A DNA stretch of 64,000 bases from an uncultured bacterium (GTDB lineage: Bacteria > Bacillota_I > Bacilli_A > RFN20 > CAG-826), in assembly GCA_949285325.1 (NCBI GenBank), contig CASDYZ010000007.1, positions 17,215 through 81,214 of the forward strand. The letters are read 5' to 3'. The number at the start of each line of letters is the position of its first letter. Within the stretch, counting starts at the first letter, position 1. A program made the position numbers and the translations under genes. This document shows positions 37,694 through 49,049 of the stretch, piece after piece. A model generated the notes under the pieces. It ran no database searches. It was given only the letters and a program-made list of their open reading frames with translations, and had not been told where the DNA came from.

Positions 37694-39241
37694 TTAATCT
37701 TCGCTTGCGGCATTGTCGGTAATTTTGAGCATCTTTTCTTCCCATTCTCTACTAGGAGTTTCAAATTTGGCGTAATCTTTATAGAAGAAAAGCCCACATC
37801 TACCAGTCTGTCCATTTCTATTTTTTGCCACGATAACTTCAACATAAGAAGCAGAGCCAGGCATTTCTTGCCCTAATTGTTTTTCTTCTACTTTCTTAGC
37901 TAGTTCAAATTTATCGCTTTCGCTCAATTTCCCAGTCTTCTTTTTGCTTGTTTCATCATTCCACATACTGTAGTAATCAGGACGATATAAAAGCAGCACC
38001 ACATCAGCGTCTTGTTCAATTGCGCCTGATTCTCTTAAGTCAGAAATCATTGGTCTTTTATTTTCTTTTCTGCTATCGGTGTTACGATTGAGTTGGCATA
38101 CGACAATTATTGGGACTTTTACATCTCTAGCGAGTTGCTTTAAACCTTTTGAAATTCTTCTAACTTCTTCTTGTCTATTATCTCCACTTTTACCATCGTT
38201 AGAAGAATCTAATAGACCGAGATAATCAACCACAACTAGTCCTAAATTAGGATCGGCGACAGATAGTTTTTTAACTTTATTGACGACATCTGAAAGTCTA
38301 AGACCAGATGAATCATCAATATATATATTAGCGTTAGATATTTCATCAATGGCCGCGGAAACTTTAACTTTATCTTGCCCACTTACTCTATTGGTATTGA
38401 TAGATTTTAAAGAGACGAAAGATAGTGATGAGACTAGTTTTTTAACTAGACTTTCGCTAGACATTTCAAGAGAAAAGATGGCGACACCTACTCTACCCAT
38501 CCTCGCCGCATTAAGGGCGAGATTTAAAGTAAAAGTAGTTTTTCCTACCGAAGGTCTAGCCCCGACAATAATATATTCTTCACGGTGAAAACCATTGGTT
38601 AATTGATTTAATCTTTTAAATCCTGTGGTGACGCCTGTCACTTCTTCATCTTCTTCGTTTTCATTAAAATTACGAACAGTATCTAATTCACTTTTTACTA
38701 CTTTGGCGATGTCGTCGACTTTTTTAAAAGTAGAAACTCTTCTTCTCTCTATTGCTTTTTTAAATTCTTCTTCGCTCTCAAGGATAAAGTCGTTGACGTT
38801 TTCTATCACTTCATTTTGATATTTTTCATTGATATTTCTAACGCTAGTAAGCATTTTTCTTAAGACAGATTGGTCGATTAAAATATTTATATAAAATTCT
38901 AAATTTGATAACGACACCATCGTGTCGACACACTCTTGCAAATAATTTACTCCACCGACTAAGTCAATTTCTTTTAATAACACTAATTCATCATATACAG
39001 TTAAAACATCAACATTAGATGACTTGTCGTTAAGACCTCTTATCGCTTTATAAATGGCTTTGTGTTTAGGTAAATAAAAATCCTCTTCCTCTAAAGAAGA
39101 AAGAATATTTAAAAGAGCATTTTTGTCTACTAAAGCACTACCTAAAACAGCCTTTTCCGCCTCGAGGTTAAATGGTATAGCGTTCTTAGGTAAAGGTTTA
39201 GTAAATGTTGATCTTTTTTTATTGTTATTGTTAGAAGCCAT
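37694..39241 (-). CDS. dnaB: Replicative DNA helicase
   Basis: EAEKAVLG, GARPSVGKT, FSLEMS, DYLGL, SDLRESGAIEQDAD, AKNRNG. Confidence 0.97.
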   Translation of the reverse strand: MASNNNNKKRSTFTKPLPKNAIPFNLEAEKAVLGSALVDKNALLNILSSLEEEDFYLPKHKAIYKAIRGLNDKSSNVDVLTVYDELVLLKEIDLVGGVNYLQECVDTMVSLSNLEFYINILIDQSVLRKMLTSVRNINEKYQNEVIENVNDFILESEEEFKKAIERRRVSTFKKVDDIAKVVKSELDTVRNFNENEEDEEVTGVTTGFKRLNQLTNGFHREEYIIVGARPSVGKTTFTLNLALNAARMGRVGVAIFSLEMSSESLVKKLVSSLSFVSLKSINTNRVSGQDKVKVSAAIDEISNANIYIDDSSGLRLSDVVNKVKKLSVADPNLGLVVVDYLGLLDSSNDGKSGDNRQEEVRRISKGLKQLARDVKVPIIVVCQLNRNTDSRKENKRPMISDLRESGAIEQDADVVLLLYRPDYYSMWNDETSKKKTGKLSESDKFELAKKVEEKQLGQEMPGSASYVEVIVAKNRNGQTGRCGLFFYKDYAKFETPSREWEEKMLKITDNAASED

Positions 39242-39242
39242 C

Positions 39243-39695
39243 TTATTTAGTTTGCTCCTTTACATGTACATTAACTATCCCTTCAACACCTTTATAGAGT
39301 TCAATTCTTAAACGAGTAACGCCAAAAGTATCGACTGGACCTTTATCAATAAATTTTCTTTTATCAATTTTAATGTTGAAAGTCTTTAGCATTTCTTCTT
39401 CTATTTGTTTTAAAGAAATTGAACCAAACATTTTTCCATCTTTCCCGCTTTTAGCGACAAATTCAAGCATTATATCTTTTAATTTTAAAGATAATTCTTG
39501 AGCGTCTTTTCTATTATTTTCGTCTAAAATTCTTAAATTTTCTTGTTGATTTGCAAGGATTTCTAAACTTTTTTTAGTTTCTGGCACAGCAAGATGACGA
39601 GGAATTAAAAAATTATTTGCGTATCCATCGCTGACAGAAACGCTCGCGTTTTTCTTCCCGACACCTTTAACGTCTTCTAATAAAATAACTTTCAT
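39243..39695 (-). CDS. rplI: 50S ribosomal protein L9
   Basis: MKVILLEDVKGVGK..V.DGYANNFLIP, GKMFGSI. Confidence 0.97.
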   Translation of the reverse strand: MKVILLEDVKGVGKKNASVSVSDGYANNFLIPRHLAVPETKKSLEILANQQENLRILDENNRKDAQELSLKLKDIMLEFVAKSGKDGKMFGSISLKQIEEEMLKTFNIKIDKRKFIDKGPVDTFGVTRLRIELYKGVEGIVNVHVKEQTK

Positions 39696-39697
39696 TT

Positions 39698-41737
39698 TTA
39701 ATCCTCCTCTATCTTATCTCTAGTTCTCGCATCCGCTTTCGCTTTGTTTAGATTATTTTCTAACACATTTAAAAGCGAATTGGTTACTGTATTTAAATCT
39801 GCCTTTTCAAAATACGCCGCAGCGGAAGTAAAATGTCCACCACCACCGAGCTTTTCAGCGAGCATTTGAACATTGATTGAGCCATCGCTTCGACATGATA
39901 TTCTCACATCTTTATTCGATACTTTGCCAATCGCAAATGCCGCGTGGTTACCTTTCATTGTCAAACATAGATTCGCGGCTTTTGCTAATGTCGCATTATC
40001 ATAAATCCTGTTTTCAGGACCAACAACATAAACTACTCCATATGATGGCGTTTTCATTGTTTTAACTAAATCACTTATAGTGACATATTCTTCATAATCG
40101 TCTTTTAACAAATCGTCAGCGAGAGAATTATCTGCCCCATAATCTTTTAAAATTGTACATGCTTCAAATGTTCTTAATCCAGTATGTTTACTTTTAAAAT
40201 ATGAACTATCTAAGAAGATGCCAGACAACATGATGGTGGCGAATATTTGAGGTAGTTCTATACGAGGATTAATAGAAGCATATTTTATAAGTTCAGCAAT
40301 TAATTCACAAGAAGATGATGCGGATGGATCGATATGATTAAATACTGGTGAATCAATATATTCTTCCGCTCTTCGATGGTGGTCGATAACGACAATTTTA
40401 CTCGCCTTTTCTAATAGATTAGGGGCCATGACCATATTAGGAATATGGACATCACAAACGACGAGGAGAGTGTCAGGAGTTATTTGTTCATATGCTTCTT
40501 TAGGACTAATCATTATTTCTGCGATTTCTTCTTTTGAGAAGCTCGACGTAATCGCAGCCCTTGTTTTATATTCAGTAAGTTTTAAATCGACAACTATCTT
40601 AGATGGTTTAGAAAATCTAGAACACATAGCCTTAATACCTAAACACGCACCTAAAGCGTCCATATCCATGTCTTTATGTCCCATTATAAATACGCGTGAA
40701 CTAGTCTTAATTAAACCGATTAAAGAGTCTGCTAAAACTCTAACTTTAACTCTATTTCTTCTCTCTTGTGCTTCGGTTTTACCGCCGATAAATTCCATGT
40801 CTGCCCCATATGTGGATATAACTACTTGGTCACCTCCACGAGACATCGCTATATCTAATGCTTCGTTTGCTAATTCATTTAATTTAATGACGTCAGGAAA
40901 AGCGTGGGCAAGGCCTATAGATATAGTGAGAGGAATATCTGTCCCAGAACCTATTTCTCTCACTTGGTCTAATATTTCAAAATTATTTTCTTTCATTTTT
41001 GAAAAAGACTCAAAATTACAAAGCATTGAATAACTGTCATCTTTAAATTTTCTTAAAAGCACACCATATTCTTTCGCATAATTAAATATTGTATTTTTAA
41101 CTTTTGTAACTGTGTCGTTAAAATCATCTTCTCCATGGACGACATCTTGATAATTATCAATAGATAAAATACCGATGACAGGGGCTTGATCTTTTGAATA
41201 TTTGTATATAGATTCATAATCTGTCACATCTTTGAATATCCAAAGTCCTGCTTCAAGCAAAAACTTAACTTCATATGAACGAGAATTAATTGTAATTTTA
41301 GAAGTCTTATCAGCCCCACCACTCTCTTTTAAAGTAGCTAAATCTGGTTGCCAAGATAAAATATTTGTATCGATGATGTCGATATGTCTATCCTTAAATA
41401 AATCGTTAGTCCAAAGAACCATGTCGTTATCGTCAGTGACCACTAAACCTATCATCGCGAAATTGTATGCTTCTTGGACGTCGCTTCCAATTACTTCCGC
41501 CGCATGTAAATCAGATTTTTGTCTAAGTCTAGAGATAGTTATGACAATTATCCAAACAAATAAACAGTTAATAAAAATGAGGGCTGACGCACCAATAATG
41601 ACATATTCTATTGGAATTAAAGTTTTCAAATTCAATAAATTATTAAAATAAAACGTGCAAAACAGGCATATAAGTATCAATTCTACTAAGATTATGACAA
41701 ACGACGCTATTCGTGTTCTTTTAATTACTTTTCCCAT
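39698..41737 (-). CDS. gdpP: Cyclic-di-AMP phosphodiesterase GdpP (TM-PAS-GGDEF-like-DHH-DHHA1)
   Basis: SRGGDQVV, MGHKDMDMDALG, IDHHRR, GGGGH; directly upstream of rplI. Confidence 0.93.
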   Translation of the reverse strand: MGKVIKRTRIASFVIILVELILICLFCTFYFNNLLNLKTLIPIEYVIIGASALIFINCLFVWIIVITISRLRQKSDLHAAEVIGSDVQEAYNFAMIGLVVTDDNDMVLWTNDLFKDRHIDIIDTNILSWQPDLATLKESGGADKTSKITINSRSYEVKFLLEAGLWIFKDVTDYESIYKYSKDQAPVIGILSIDNYQDVVHGEDDFNDTVTKVKNTIFNYAKEYGVLLRKFKDDSYSMLCNFESFSKMKENNFEILDQVREIGSGTDIPLTISIGLAHAFPDVIKLNELANEALDIAMSRGGDQVVISTYGADMEFIGGKTEAQERRNRVKVRVLADSLIGLIKTSSRVFIMGHKDMDMDALGACLGIKAMCSRFSKPSKIVVDLKLTEYKTRAAITSSFSKEEIAEIMISPKEAYEQITPDTLLVVCDVHIPNMVMAPNLLEKASKIVVIDHHRRAEEYIDSPVFNHIDPSASSSCELIAELIKYASINPRIELPQIFATIMLSGIFLDSSYFKSKHTGLRTFEACTILKDYGADNSLADDLLKDDYEEYVTISDLVKTMKTPSYGVVYVVGPENRIYDNATLAKAANLCLTMKGNHAAFAIGKVSNKDVRISCRSDGSINVQMLAEKLGGGGHFTSAAAYFEKADLNTVTNSLLNVLENNLNKAKADARTRDKIEED

Positions 41738-41826
41738 AAAAACCTTCGTATTAACTATTATAAATGATTTGTCCTCTTTATTACATAAAGTTTTAATTTA
41801 TTTCTCTTTATTCTCTAAACATAATA

Positions 41827-41869
41827 AAAACAGTTACCTTCCTTTAACAATTAGAATAGTAACTGTTTT
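41827..41869 (-). terminator. Long-loop hairpin after rpsR
   Basis: AAAACAGTTAC / GTAACTGTTTT inverted repeat with a T-tract on the minus strand. Confidence 0.65.
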
Positions 41870-41885
41870 AGTAAACTTATTATTC

Positions 41886-42113
41886 CTAGTCAGCAATATA
41901 TGGGAGAAGAGCCATATAACGAGCATTTTTAATTGCTCTAGCTAATTCTCTTTGATGTTTAGCACAAGTGCCGGTTGCACGTCTTTGGGCAATTTTCCCG
42001 TTTGGAGTGATAAACATCTTCAACATATCAACATCTTTGAAGTCAATATATTTAATATTGTTTTTCTTAAAATAACAAACTTTTTTATGTGGTCTAACTT
42101 TTTTAAATGCCAT
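41886..42113 (-). CDS. rpsR: 30S ribosomal protein S18
   Basis: [29 protein letters not shown]. Confidence 0.97.
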   Translation of the reverse strand: MAFKKVRPHKKVCYFKKNNIKYIDFKDVDMLKMFITPNGKIAQRRATGTCAKHQRELARAIKNARYMALLPYIAD

Positions 42114-42136
42114 TTTACTTATTTCCTTTCTATCTT

Positions 42137-42574
42137 TTAGAATGGAAGGTCATCGTCTGGTAAATCAAGTGTATCTAAATTCTCGTTTTGTTGATTGTCA
42201 TTCACTCTTGGTTCATCATCGAATGTCGGCGTATCAGCGTTAGAGGCTGATGAGCCTTTTGGTTCTAAGAATTGAACAGAATCACAATTAACTTCAATTA
42301 CCGAGGCTTTACTATTGTCTTGTCTTACATAAGTTCTTTGAACTATTCGACCTTCAACACCAATTAAGGAACCTTTCTTAATAAATTTGCTCATGTTATC
42401 CGCTTGCGTGTTAAATGCGACGCATGGAATAAAACTTGTACCTTTAGAGCCATCTTGATTTTTTCTAATATTGTCGATGGCGACAGTAAATGAGCAAATA
42501 GAATTACCTGAATTGGATTTTCTTAGTTCTGGGTCTTTGGTAATTCGACCTACTAGAACAACACGATTAATCAT
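42137..42574 (-). CDS. ssb: Single-stranded DNA-binding protein
   Basis: [19 protein letters not shown]-terminal DDDLPF. Confidence 0.97.
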   Translation of the reverse strand: MINRVVLVGRITKDPELRKSNSGNSICSFTVAIDNIRKNQDGSKGTSFIPCVAFNTQADNMSKFIKKGSLIGVEGRIVQRTYVRQDNSKASVIEVNCDSVQFLEPKGSSASNADTPTFDDEPRVNDNQQNENLDTLDLPDDDLPF

Positions 42575-42585
42575 ATTTGTCCTCC

Positions 42586-42876
42586 TTATTCGTGACTGAT
42601 GACAACAATATGACGTAATACGAGTGAGTCAATTTTCACTAGGCGTGAGAATTCATCAGTCGCTTTTGAATCAGAAGTGACTTCAACGACTACATAGTAG
42701 CCTCTTTTTTCGCCTTTGATTTCGTACGCAAGTTCTCTAAGTCCCATGGTTTCATCGACTTTGTTAATCTTTGCACCATTGTCCTCGAGGATTTTGTTTA
42801 ACTTTGCGATTTCGTTTTGGCGAGCAGTTTCATCTAAATCTGCCTTCAAAATGTACATAATTTCGTAATTTCGCAT
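42586..42876 (-). CDS. rpsF: 30S ribosomal protein S6
   Basis: MRNYEIMYI, G.RELAYEI, G.Y, VLRH. Confidence 0.97.
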   Translation of the reverse strand: MRNYEIMYILKADLDETARQNEIAKLNKILEDNGAKINKVDETMGLRELAYEIKGEKRGYYVVVEVTSDSKATDEFSRLVKIDSLVLRHIVVISHE

Positions 42877-42948
42877 GTGTACACCTCCCTATGGTCTTCT
42901 GGCTGCTTTGTTTAGTAGCAGAGAGTATTGCTATAAAATAGCATGTAG
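42877..42948 (-). promoter_or_regulatory. Putative S6:S18 ribosomal leader RNA
   Basis: After TATAAT: TGCTAT/ATAGCA hairpin, then CTCTCTGCT..AGCAG..AGACC..GGGAGGTG, resembling the Firmicutes rpsF autoregulatory leader. Confidence 0.65.
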
Positions 42949-43051
42949 TATTATACAAAATACTTAATTAGAAAGTAAAGTATTGTTGCCCTCTATATTA
43001 ATAAATTAGGTATTTTGTTTTGATTTTAGATAAAATATTTACTTTTTTTAA

Positions 43052-44545
43052 TTATTTATCATTTGGTTTCATGGTTGGGAATAGAATAACTTCTCTTATT
43101 GTCGTTTGATTGGTTAAAAGCATGGTGAGTCTATCGATACCCATCCCCACTCCTCCTGCTGGAGGCATGCCATATTCTAAAGCTTCAATAAAATCATTAT
43201 CCATTTCATTGGCTTCTTCGTCACCTAAATCTTTGGCTTTTAATTGTTCGATAAATCTTTCTTTTTGATCTATAGGGTCATTTAATTCAGTATATGCGTT
43301 TGCGAGTTCTTTACCATTGACAAATAGTTCAAATCGTTGGACAAATCGTGGGTCTTTACATTTTTTAGTTAAAGGAGAAACCTCGATTGGATATTCGTAT
43401 ACAAATGTTGGTTGAATTAAATCATCTTGGCAGAAGTTTTCAAAAAATTCATTTAATACATGCCCAACTGTATTTTTAAATGGATCGAGATGAATATCAA
43501 ATTTTGTCGCTAGTTGTTTAGCTTCTTCAAAACTCATTTCTTTTGAGAAATCAACACCTGTTTTTTCTTTTACTAAATCGGTTAATTTAACCCATCTAAA
43601 TTTATTTTTAAAATCGATGATTTTATCTTGATAATTAACAACAGCAGATCCACACACTTGTTTTGCCGTATATCTAATCATTTCTTCTGTCAATTTACCA
43701 ATTCCTTTTAAATCTGAAAATGCTTCATAAACTTCAATCGTAGTAAATTCAGGATTGTGAGTTGCGTCCATCCCTTCATTTCTAAACATGCGACCTATTT
43801 CATATACTTTTTCCATCCCGCCAACTAGAAGTCTTTTTAAATTTAATTCAGTAGCAATTCTTAAATAAAAATCGTGATCTAGAGCGTTGTGGTGAGTGAT
43901 AAAAGGACGGGCTGAGGCGCCACCTAGGATAGGGGAAAGGATACTAGTTTCAACTTCAACAAATCCTTTTTTATCTAAAAATGATTGAATAGAACGAATG
44001 ATTTTAGGTCTAGCAAATGCGACTTTTCTCGCTTCGTCATTCATTATTAAATCTAAATATCTTTTTCTCGACCTCTCTTCAACGTCAGTTAAACCATGAA
44101 ACTTTTCAGGAAGAGGATGTAAAGACTTAGTAAGATGAGTATATTTATCAGCCTTAACTGTGAGTTCGCCCGTTCTAGTAGTCATAACATAGCCGTGTAT
44201 CCCGACGATGTCACCAATATCAGCGAGGCGAAAAACTTCATATGCTTTTTTACCAACGACATCGATACCTAAATAAACTTGCATGTTGCCAGTTTTATCT
44301 TGGATATTTAAAAATGACGCTTTCCCCATTCGCCTAATAGCTTTAATTCTTCCAGCGATAGAGACGACTAAATGCATCTTTTCAATTTGCTTTGGATTCT
44401 TTTTTGCACATATATCTCTAATATCTTGAGCGTGGTGAGTCACTTTAAAAGCATGCCCATATGGTTCAATACCTAATTGTTCGTATTTTTCTAATTTTTC
44501 TCTTCGAATAATTTCTTGATCGTTCAATTCATTTTTAACATCCAT
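43052..44545 (-). CDS. lysS: Lysine--tRNA ligase (class II)
   Basis: GGASARPFITHHN, LRIATEL.LKRL, FRNEG...HNPEFT, ANAYTELNDP, GMGIDR. Confidence 0.97.
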   Translation of the reverse strand: MDVKNELNDQEIIRREKLEKYEQLGIEPYGHAFKVTHHAQDIRDICAKKNPKQIEKMHLVVSIAGRIKAIRRMGKASFLNIQDKTGNMQVYLGIDVVGKKAYEVFRLADIGDIVGIHGYVMTTRTGELTVKADKYTHLTKSLHPLPEKFHGLTDVEERSRKRYLDLIMNDEARKVAFARPKIIRSIQSFLDKKGFVEVETSILSPILGGASARPFITHHNALDHDFYLRIATELNLKRLLVGGMEKVYEIGRMFRNEGMDATHNPEFTTIEVYEAFSDLKGIGKLTEEMIRYTAKQVCGSAVVNYQDKIIDFKNKFRWVKLTDLVKEKTGVDFSKEMSFEEAKQLATKFDIHLDPFKNTVGHVLNEFFENFCQDDLIQPTFVYEYPIEVSPLTKKCKDPRFVQRFELFVNGKELANAYTELNDPIDQKERFIEQLKAKDLGDEEANEMDNDFIEALEYGMPPAGGVGMGIDRLTMLLTNQTTIREVILFPTMKPNDK

Positions 44546-44608
44546 AAAATAACCTCGTAATTTGTCTTTAATATTATACCGAAAATAAATATTTTCACCA
44601 ATTTATAT

Positions 44609-45577
44609 TTACCGATTTGGTATCGATTTAATTATCTTTTTTAACTCGTCATAACTCGATAAGGATGTCGCGATTTTCACTCTTATCTGTTTTGAAAATG
44701 GGAATCCAAAAAAGAAAGACGGACCAATACTTCTAAAAGCGCGCATAGCAAGCTTTTCTCCTTTTTCTTTTATGAGGAGTCTAGCCAAAAGTAAACACCA
44801 CTTCTTTTGTTTTCTTATAGATGGATTTTTTAATCTTTTACCACTTTTAAAGTAAGTATTAATTTGTTTAATTAGATAAGGATTACCAACACCACCTCTA
44901 GCCGCCATTACGTAGTCCGCACCTGTGATATCGATAGCGGTAATCGCGTCGTCCAAAGTAAAAATATCGCCAGAAATAATAAGTGGAATATCATATTTCT
45001 TTTTTATCCCACTTAACAGTTCAAATCTAGGTTTACCAGTATATCCCATTTTTCTCGTCCTCGCGTGTATGGCGATAAAGTCTATGCCCGCCGAAACGGC
45101 CTTATCTATAACATCCATAAAATTAATAGATTCATCGTCCCAACCTAATCTAATTTTAATAGATATACTAAGAGAGGTAACTCGTTTTAACTCTTCAATA
45201 ATCTCTTTGATTTTTTCTGGTTCTTTCATTAAAGACGAACCAGCACCAGAATTGGTAACTTTAGGTACAGGACACGCGCAATTTATATCGATAAAATCAA
45301 AATTTGGATTGAGTTTTAGAGCAATTTTGGCAGCACTTGCTATATTTTTTGCATCGTGCCCGAATAATTGAAGACCGATAGGTTTATCTTTTTTATCTGT
45401 TTTTAAATAGGATATTGTTTCTTCATTATGATAAATTAAACCCATGTCGGATACCATCTCTGTATAAGAAAAATTTACCCCAAATTTCTTCATAAATTTA
45501 CGGTAACCAACACTCGTATATCCCGCCATCGGGGCAAGGACTACTTTACCTTTATTTTTCCTTTTTCTAATATCCAT
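44609..45577 (-). CDS. dusB: tRNA-dihydrouridine synthase
   Basis: LAPMAG, TEMVS, QLFG, DINCACP, KIRLGW, HART. Confidence 0.92.
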   Translation of the reverse strand: MDIRKRKNKGKVVLAPMAGYTSVGYRKFMKKFGVNFSYTEMVSDMGLIYHNEETISYLKTDKKDKPIGLQLFGHDAKNIASAAKIALKLNPNFDFIDINCACPVPKVTNSGAGSSLMKEPEKIKEIIEELKRVTSLSISIKIRLGWDDESINFMDVIDKAVSAGIDFIAIHARTRKMGYTGKPRFELLSGIKKKYDIPLIISGDIFTLDDAITAIDITGADYVMAARGGVGNPYLIKQINTYFKSGKRLKNPSIRKQKKWCLLLARLLIKEKGEKLAMRAFRSIGPSFFFGFPFSKQIRVKIATSLSSYDELKKIIKSIPNR

Positions 45578-45591
45578 AATTATCGTCTTTT

Positions 45592-45617
45592 AAAAAGGGA
45601 AGGATTTTAACCTTCCC
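45592..45617 (-). terminator. Terminator after ftsH
   Basis: GGGAAGG-TTAAAAT-CCTTCCC-TTTTT. Confidence 0.8.
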
Positions 45618-45625
45618 AATCAAAT

Positions 45626-47737
45626 TTAATTGTCTTTATTTTCACCTTTGTTTTCTTCTTTATTCACTTCTTTTTCTTCACCGCTATTAGGCGTTGGTGT
45701 TTCACTAGTGGCTACATTTTCATTAGGTGCAACAACAGGATTAACTACTGCTTGTTTAGGAAGTTCGCGATGCTCTAACAAATAATCAATTTGTTCAGCA
45801 GTTATACTTTCATTTTCAAGCAATGTATTGGCGATTAAAGTAACATCATCTTTATATTTAAGAATAATCTCTTTTGCCTTGTCGTGTGCATCGTCGATGA
45901 TTTTGCGAACTTGTTTATCAATTTCAAAGGCGATTTCAGTTGAGAAATTCTTCTGTGTCGATGTGTAGTCTCTACCTAAGAATACCGAACCAGTATTATT
46001 TTCATATTGGATAGGCCCTAGAGGAGACATACCAAGTTCAGTAACCATCATTCTAGCAATTCTAGTCGCCACTTCTATGTCGTTTTGCGCGCCGGTAGAA
46101 ATATCATCAAAGAAGATTTCTTCACTTGAACGACCGCCTAAATACCCAACAATACGGGCAATTAATTCTTTCTTAGTCAATAAGAATCTATCATCTTCTG
46201 GAGTCATTCTAACATGTCCACCTGTATTGCCTCTTGGGACAATAGTAATTTTTTGAACTTTGTCGCTGTGCTCTAATTTTAAGCCTATAATCGCGTGTCC
46301 GGCTTCGTGGAAAGCAACTGTTCTTCTTTCTACTTCTGAAAGTGCTCTTGAGGATTTAGCAGGTCCGGCAATGCGTCTATCGATTGCTTCATCAATGATG
46401 GCCATAGTAATTTCAGGTGCATCATTTCTAACCGCTAAGATGGCTGCTTCATTCATGATATTTTCAATATCAGCACCGGTGAAACCAACAGTTCTTTTTG
46501 AAAGAGCGACAAAGTCGACATCTTTTGCGAGATGTTTATTTCTTGAATGGACTTTAAATATTTCTTCACGTCCTTTTCTATCAGGATAATTGACAGTGAT
46601 TTTTCTATCGAAACGTCCCGCTCTTAAAAGGGCAGGATCTAATACATCATCTCTATTAGTTGCAGCGATGACAATAATACCTGAAGTATCAGAGAAACCA
46701 TCCATTTCAACCAATAATTGGTTGAGTGTTTGTTCTCTTTCGTCGTTGCCTCCGCCTAATCCAGCGCCTCTTTGACGTCCGACAGCGTCAATTTCATCAA
46801 TAAAGATTAAACATGGTGCATTTTCTTTTGCAACTTTAAACATGTCTCTAACTCTACCAGCACCGACACCGACAAACATTTCAACAAAATCTGAACCAGA
46901 AATGGAATAAAATGGAACACCAGCCTCGCCCGCGACTGCTTTTGCTAGGAGTGTTTTACCACATCCAGGTGGGCCAACTAAAAGTATACCTTTTGGTAAT
47001 TTTGCCCCAAAACGAATATATTTTTTCGGTTCTTTTAAATAAGAAACGATTTCCTGCATTTCGGTTTTTTCTTCATCCGCCCCAGCGACATCAGAGAAAC
47101 GAACTTTGCTCGCATTTTCTCTTCTTGCTCTTGATTTATTAAAGTCGAGGGCAGTTCTATTAGAAGCGCCTACAGAACTTGATAATCTAGAGAATAAGAA
47201 TATGACGATAAGTATTGAACCACCGAGCATCAACAATGTTGGTCCCCATTGATCCCACCAACTTGTCACATATGCGTCATGTGTTGTCACTATTAGATCA
47301 TCGTTATTTTGTTGTTGCATGGTGACGATATAATTTAATGAAACAGGAGTGGCGTCTCCATTTTCATCCGCGACTACTGGTTTTGAATCACCTAAGTTGC
47401 TTAAATCATCATAAGTATAAGGAAATTCTTCGTAATATGAATCAAAAGGTAGTCTCAATACGAAAGATCTATTTATTTCTCTATTGTTTTCTACTCTTTC
47501 ATATCGGCCTTCAATAACAATAATAGTTTCTTCTTTTGGTGTAACCACTATCTCAGTGATTTGGTTATTCATTAAATAATTCACAAAATCAACTTGTGAA
47601 AATGTGTCGACTGAACCACTATTACCAAATAGTATCCACGCCATAAAGGCGACAATTGCGATAACTATAAGAAAAGAAAATATAAAACTCCAGGAAAAAC
47701 CACGCCTTCTTTGTGGTCTTGGTTGATTTTCTGGCAT
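45626..47737 (-). CDS. ftsH: ATP-dependent zinc metalloprotease FtsH
   Basis: 2 [23 protein letters not shown] region, HEAGH. Confidence 0.98.
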   Translation of the reverse strand: MPENQPRPQRRRGFSWSFIFSFLIVIAIVAFMAWILFGNSGSVDTFSQVDFVNYLMNNQITEIVVTPKEETIIVIEGRYERVENNREINRSFVLRLPFDSYYEEFPYTYDDLSNLGDSKPVVADENGDATPVSLNYIVTMQQQNNDDLIVTTHDAYVTSWWDQWGPTLLMLGGSILIVIFLFSRLSSSVGASNRTALDFNKSRARRENASKVRFSDVAGADEEKTEMQEIVSYLKEPKKYIRFGAKLPKGILLVGPPGCGKTLLAKAVAGEAGVPFYSISGSDFVEMFVGVGAGRVRDMFKVAKENAPCLIFIDEIDAVGRQRGAGLGGGNDEREQTLNQLLVEMDGFSDTSGIIVIAATNRDDVLDPALLRAGRFDRKITVNYPDRKGREEIFKVHSRNKHLAKDVDFVALSKRTVGFTGADIENIMNEAAILAVRNDAPEITMAIIDEAIDRRIAGPAKSSRALSEVERRTVAFHEAGHAIIGLKLEHSDKVQKITIVPRGNTGGHVRMTPEDDRFLLTKKELIARIVGYLGGRSSEEIFFDDISTGAQNDIEVATRIARMMVTELGMSPLGPIQYENNTGSVFLGRDYTSTQKNFSTEIAFEIDKQVRKIIDDAHDKAKEIILKYKDDVTLIANTLLENESITAEQIDYLLEHRELPKQAVVNPVVAPNENVATSETPTPNSGEEKEVNKEENKGENKDN

Positions 47738-47822
47738 ATGTTCACCTCCTAAAAATCGTTATTCAATCAAACGATTGATAATATGATACATTATTTTACT
47801 AGTCTTTATAAAGTAAAAGACA

Positions 47823-49049
47823 TTAAAAAAATAAATTTTTTAAATAGAAAAATTGCTTTTGTGTTTCTTTGCAGTCTTTTCTATATCGAGGAATGTAGAT
47901 AATTTCATTTTTATTATTTACGACAACTGGCCAAATTTTTCTAAGCAATAAAGGCATTTTCCAATCGATTACTAAACGATTTAAATTCACATAGAAGTTA
48001 TCAATCTTATAAATATCATTCATATCAATATTACGAACAAAAAGAGGAAAATTATCAAGTTTAATTTCTCTTTCTTTAAACTTTGAAATAACGTCAAAAT
48101 AAAAATATTTATCATCGATAGGATTAACGTTTGCATCTAATATTTCATATCGATAATTATGAGAAAATGAAGAGGAAATAAAATAACAATATCCATATGA
48201 TTTTTCAAAACAAATATCACCATTTATTTTCAATGTCACATTAGGTTTTGTAGACAGCAATAAATGTTTAATTGAAAGGGCTGTCTTTTTAGACATTGGA
48301 CAATATAAATTTGAATTCTTTAAAAGCATATTTAAAGCGTATTGAAAAGAGATAAAATCAAGGTTTAGTAGGTTATTAATTTCATTTAGATTAATCTTAT
48401 TTAAATGGGAAAATATATCGACTAACTCTCTATTTTTATTAGCGATCTCTACTAGTATATTTTCTCTATCTTCTCTCTTTAATTTTTCAATTACATTATG
48501 CCTTATTTTATTCCTTATAAATTTATCCTCCAAATTGGATAAATCTAAAGCGTAAGGAACACTATTTTGTTCATTATATTGTATTAACTCTTTCTTAGTA
48601 AATCGTAGTAAAGGTCTGACTACTTTAATCCCCTTATTTAAAGTAGAAAATTTAATACCATACCACGATGATAAAATACCTCTTTTTTTCTGCAATAAAT
48701 AAGTCTCAATTAAATCATCTTGATGATGGGCAACAACAACCTCATCAAAAAAATTTTCTTCAACAATGTTTTTGAAAAAATTATATCTAATCTCTCGGCA
48801 CACTCCTTCGATATTACTTTTAATTTTTTCTTTGTTGTCGTATACATAAATATCTATATTATTATCCAGACAATATTTTCTTAATTTCCTTTCTTCTTCA
48901 TCTGATTCATCCCTTAAATGATAATTAACATGTGCGACACTAAAATTATAATTTTGAGATTTAAGCATATGAAAAAGGGCCATTGAATCAACACCAAAAG
49001 AACAGGCTAAAAGATATTTTTTATTATGGTCTAAAATTAATTTATTCAT
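47823..49049 (-). CDS. tilS: tRNA(Ile)-lysidine synthase
   Basis: PP-loop variant SFGVDSM, HVNYHLR, RYNFF, AHHQDD..ET, RPLL, RNKIRH. Confidence 0.92.
   Translation of the reverse strand: MNKLILDHNKKYLLACSFGVDSMALFHMLKSQNYNFSVAHVNYHLRDESDEEERKLRKYCLDNNIDIYVYDNKEKIKSNIEGVCREIRYNFFKNIVEENFFDEVVVAHHQDDLIETYLLQKKRGILSSWYGIKFSTLNKGIKVVRPLLRFTKKELIQYNEQNSVPYALDLSNLEDKFIRNKIRHNVIEKLKREDRENILVEIANKNRELVDIFSHLNKINLNEINNLLNLDFISFQYALNMLLKNSNLYCPMSKKTALSIKHLLLSTKPNVTLKINGDICFEKSYGYCYFISSSFSHNYRYEILDANVNPIDDKYFYFDVISKFKEREIKLDNFPLFVRNIDMNDIYKIDNFYVNLNRLVIDWKMPLLLRKIWPVVVNNKNEIIYIPRYRKDCKETQKQFFYLKNLFF

Noticed and set aside
37694..39241. Intein in DnaB
   Set aside because: The insertion is short and lacks an N-terminal Cys/Ser block and a C-terminal His-Asn
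40428..41945. Plus-strand ORFs (201, 139, 96 aa) opposite gdpP, and similar short antisense ORFs across the window
   Set aside because: They overlap well-supported genes on the other strand and show no recognisable motifs
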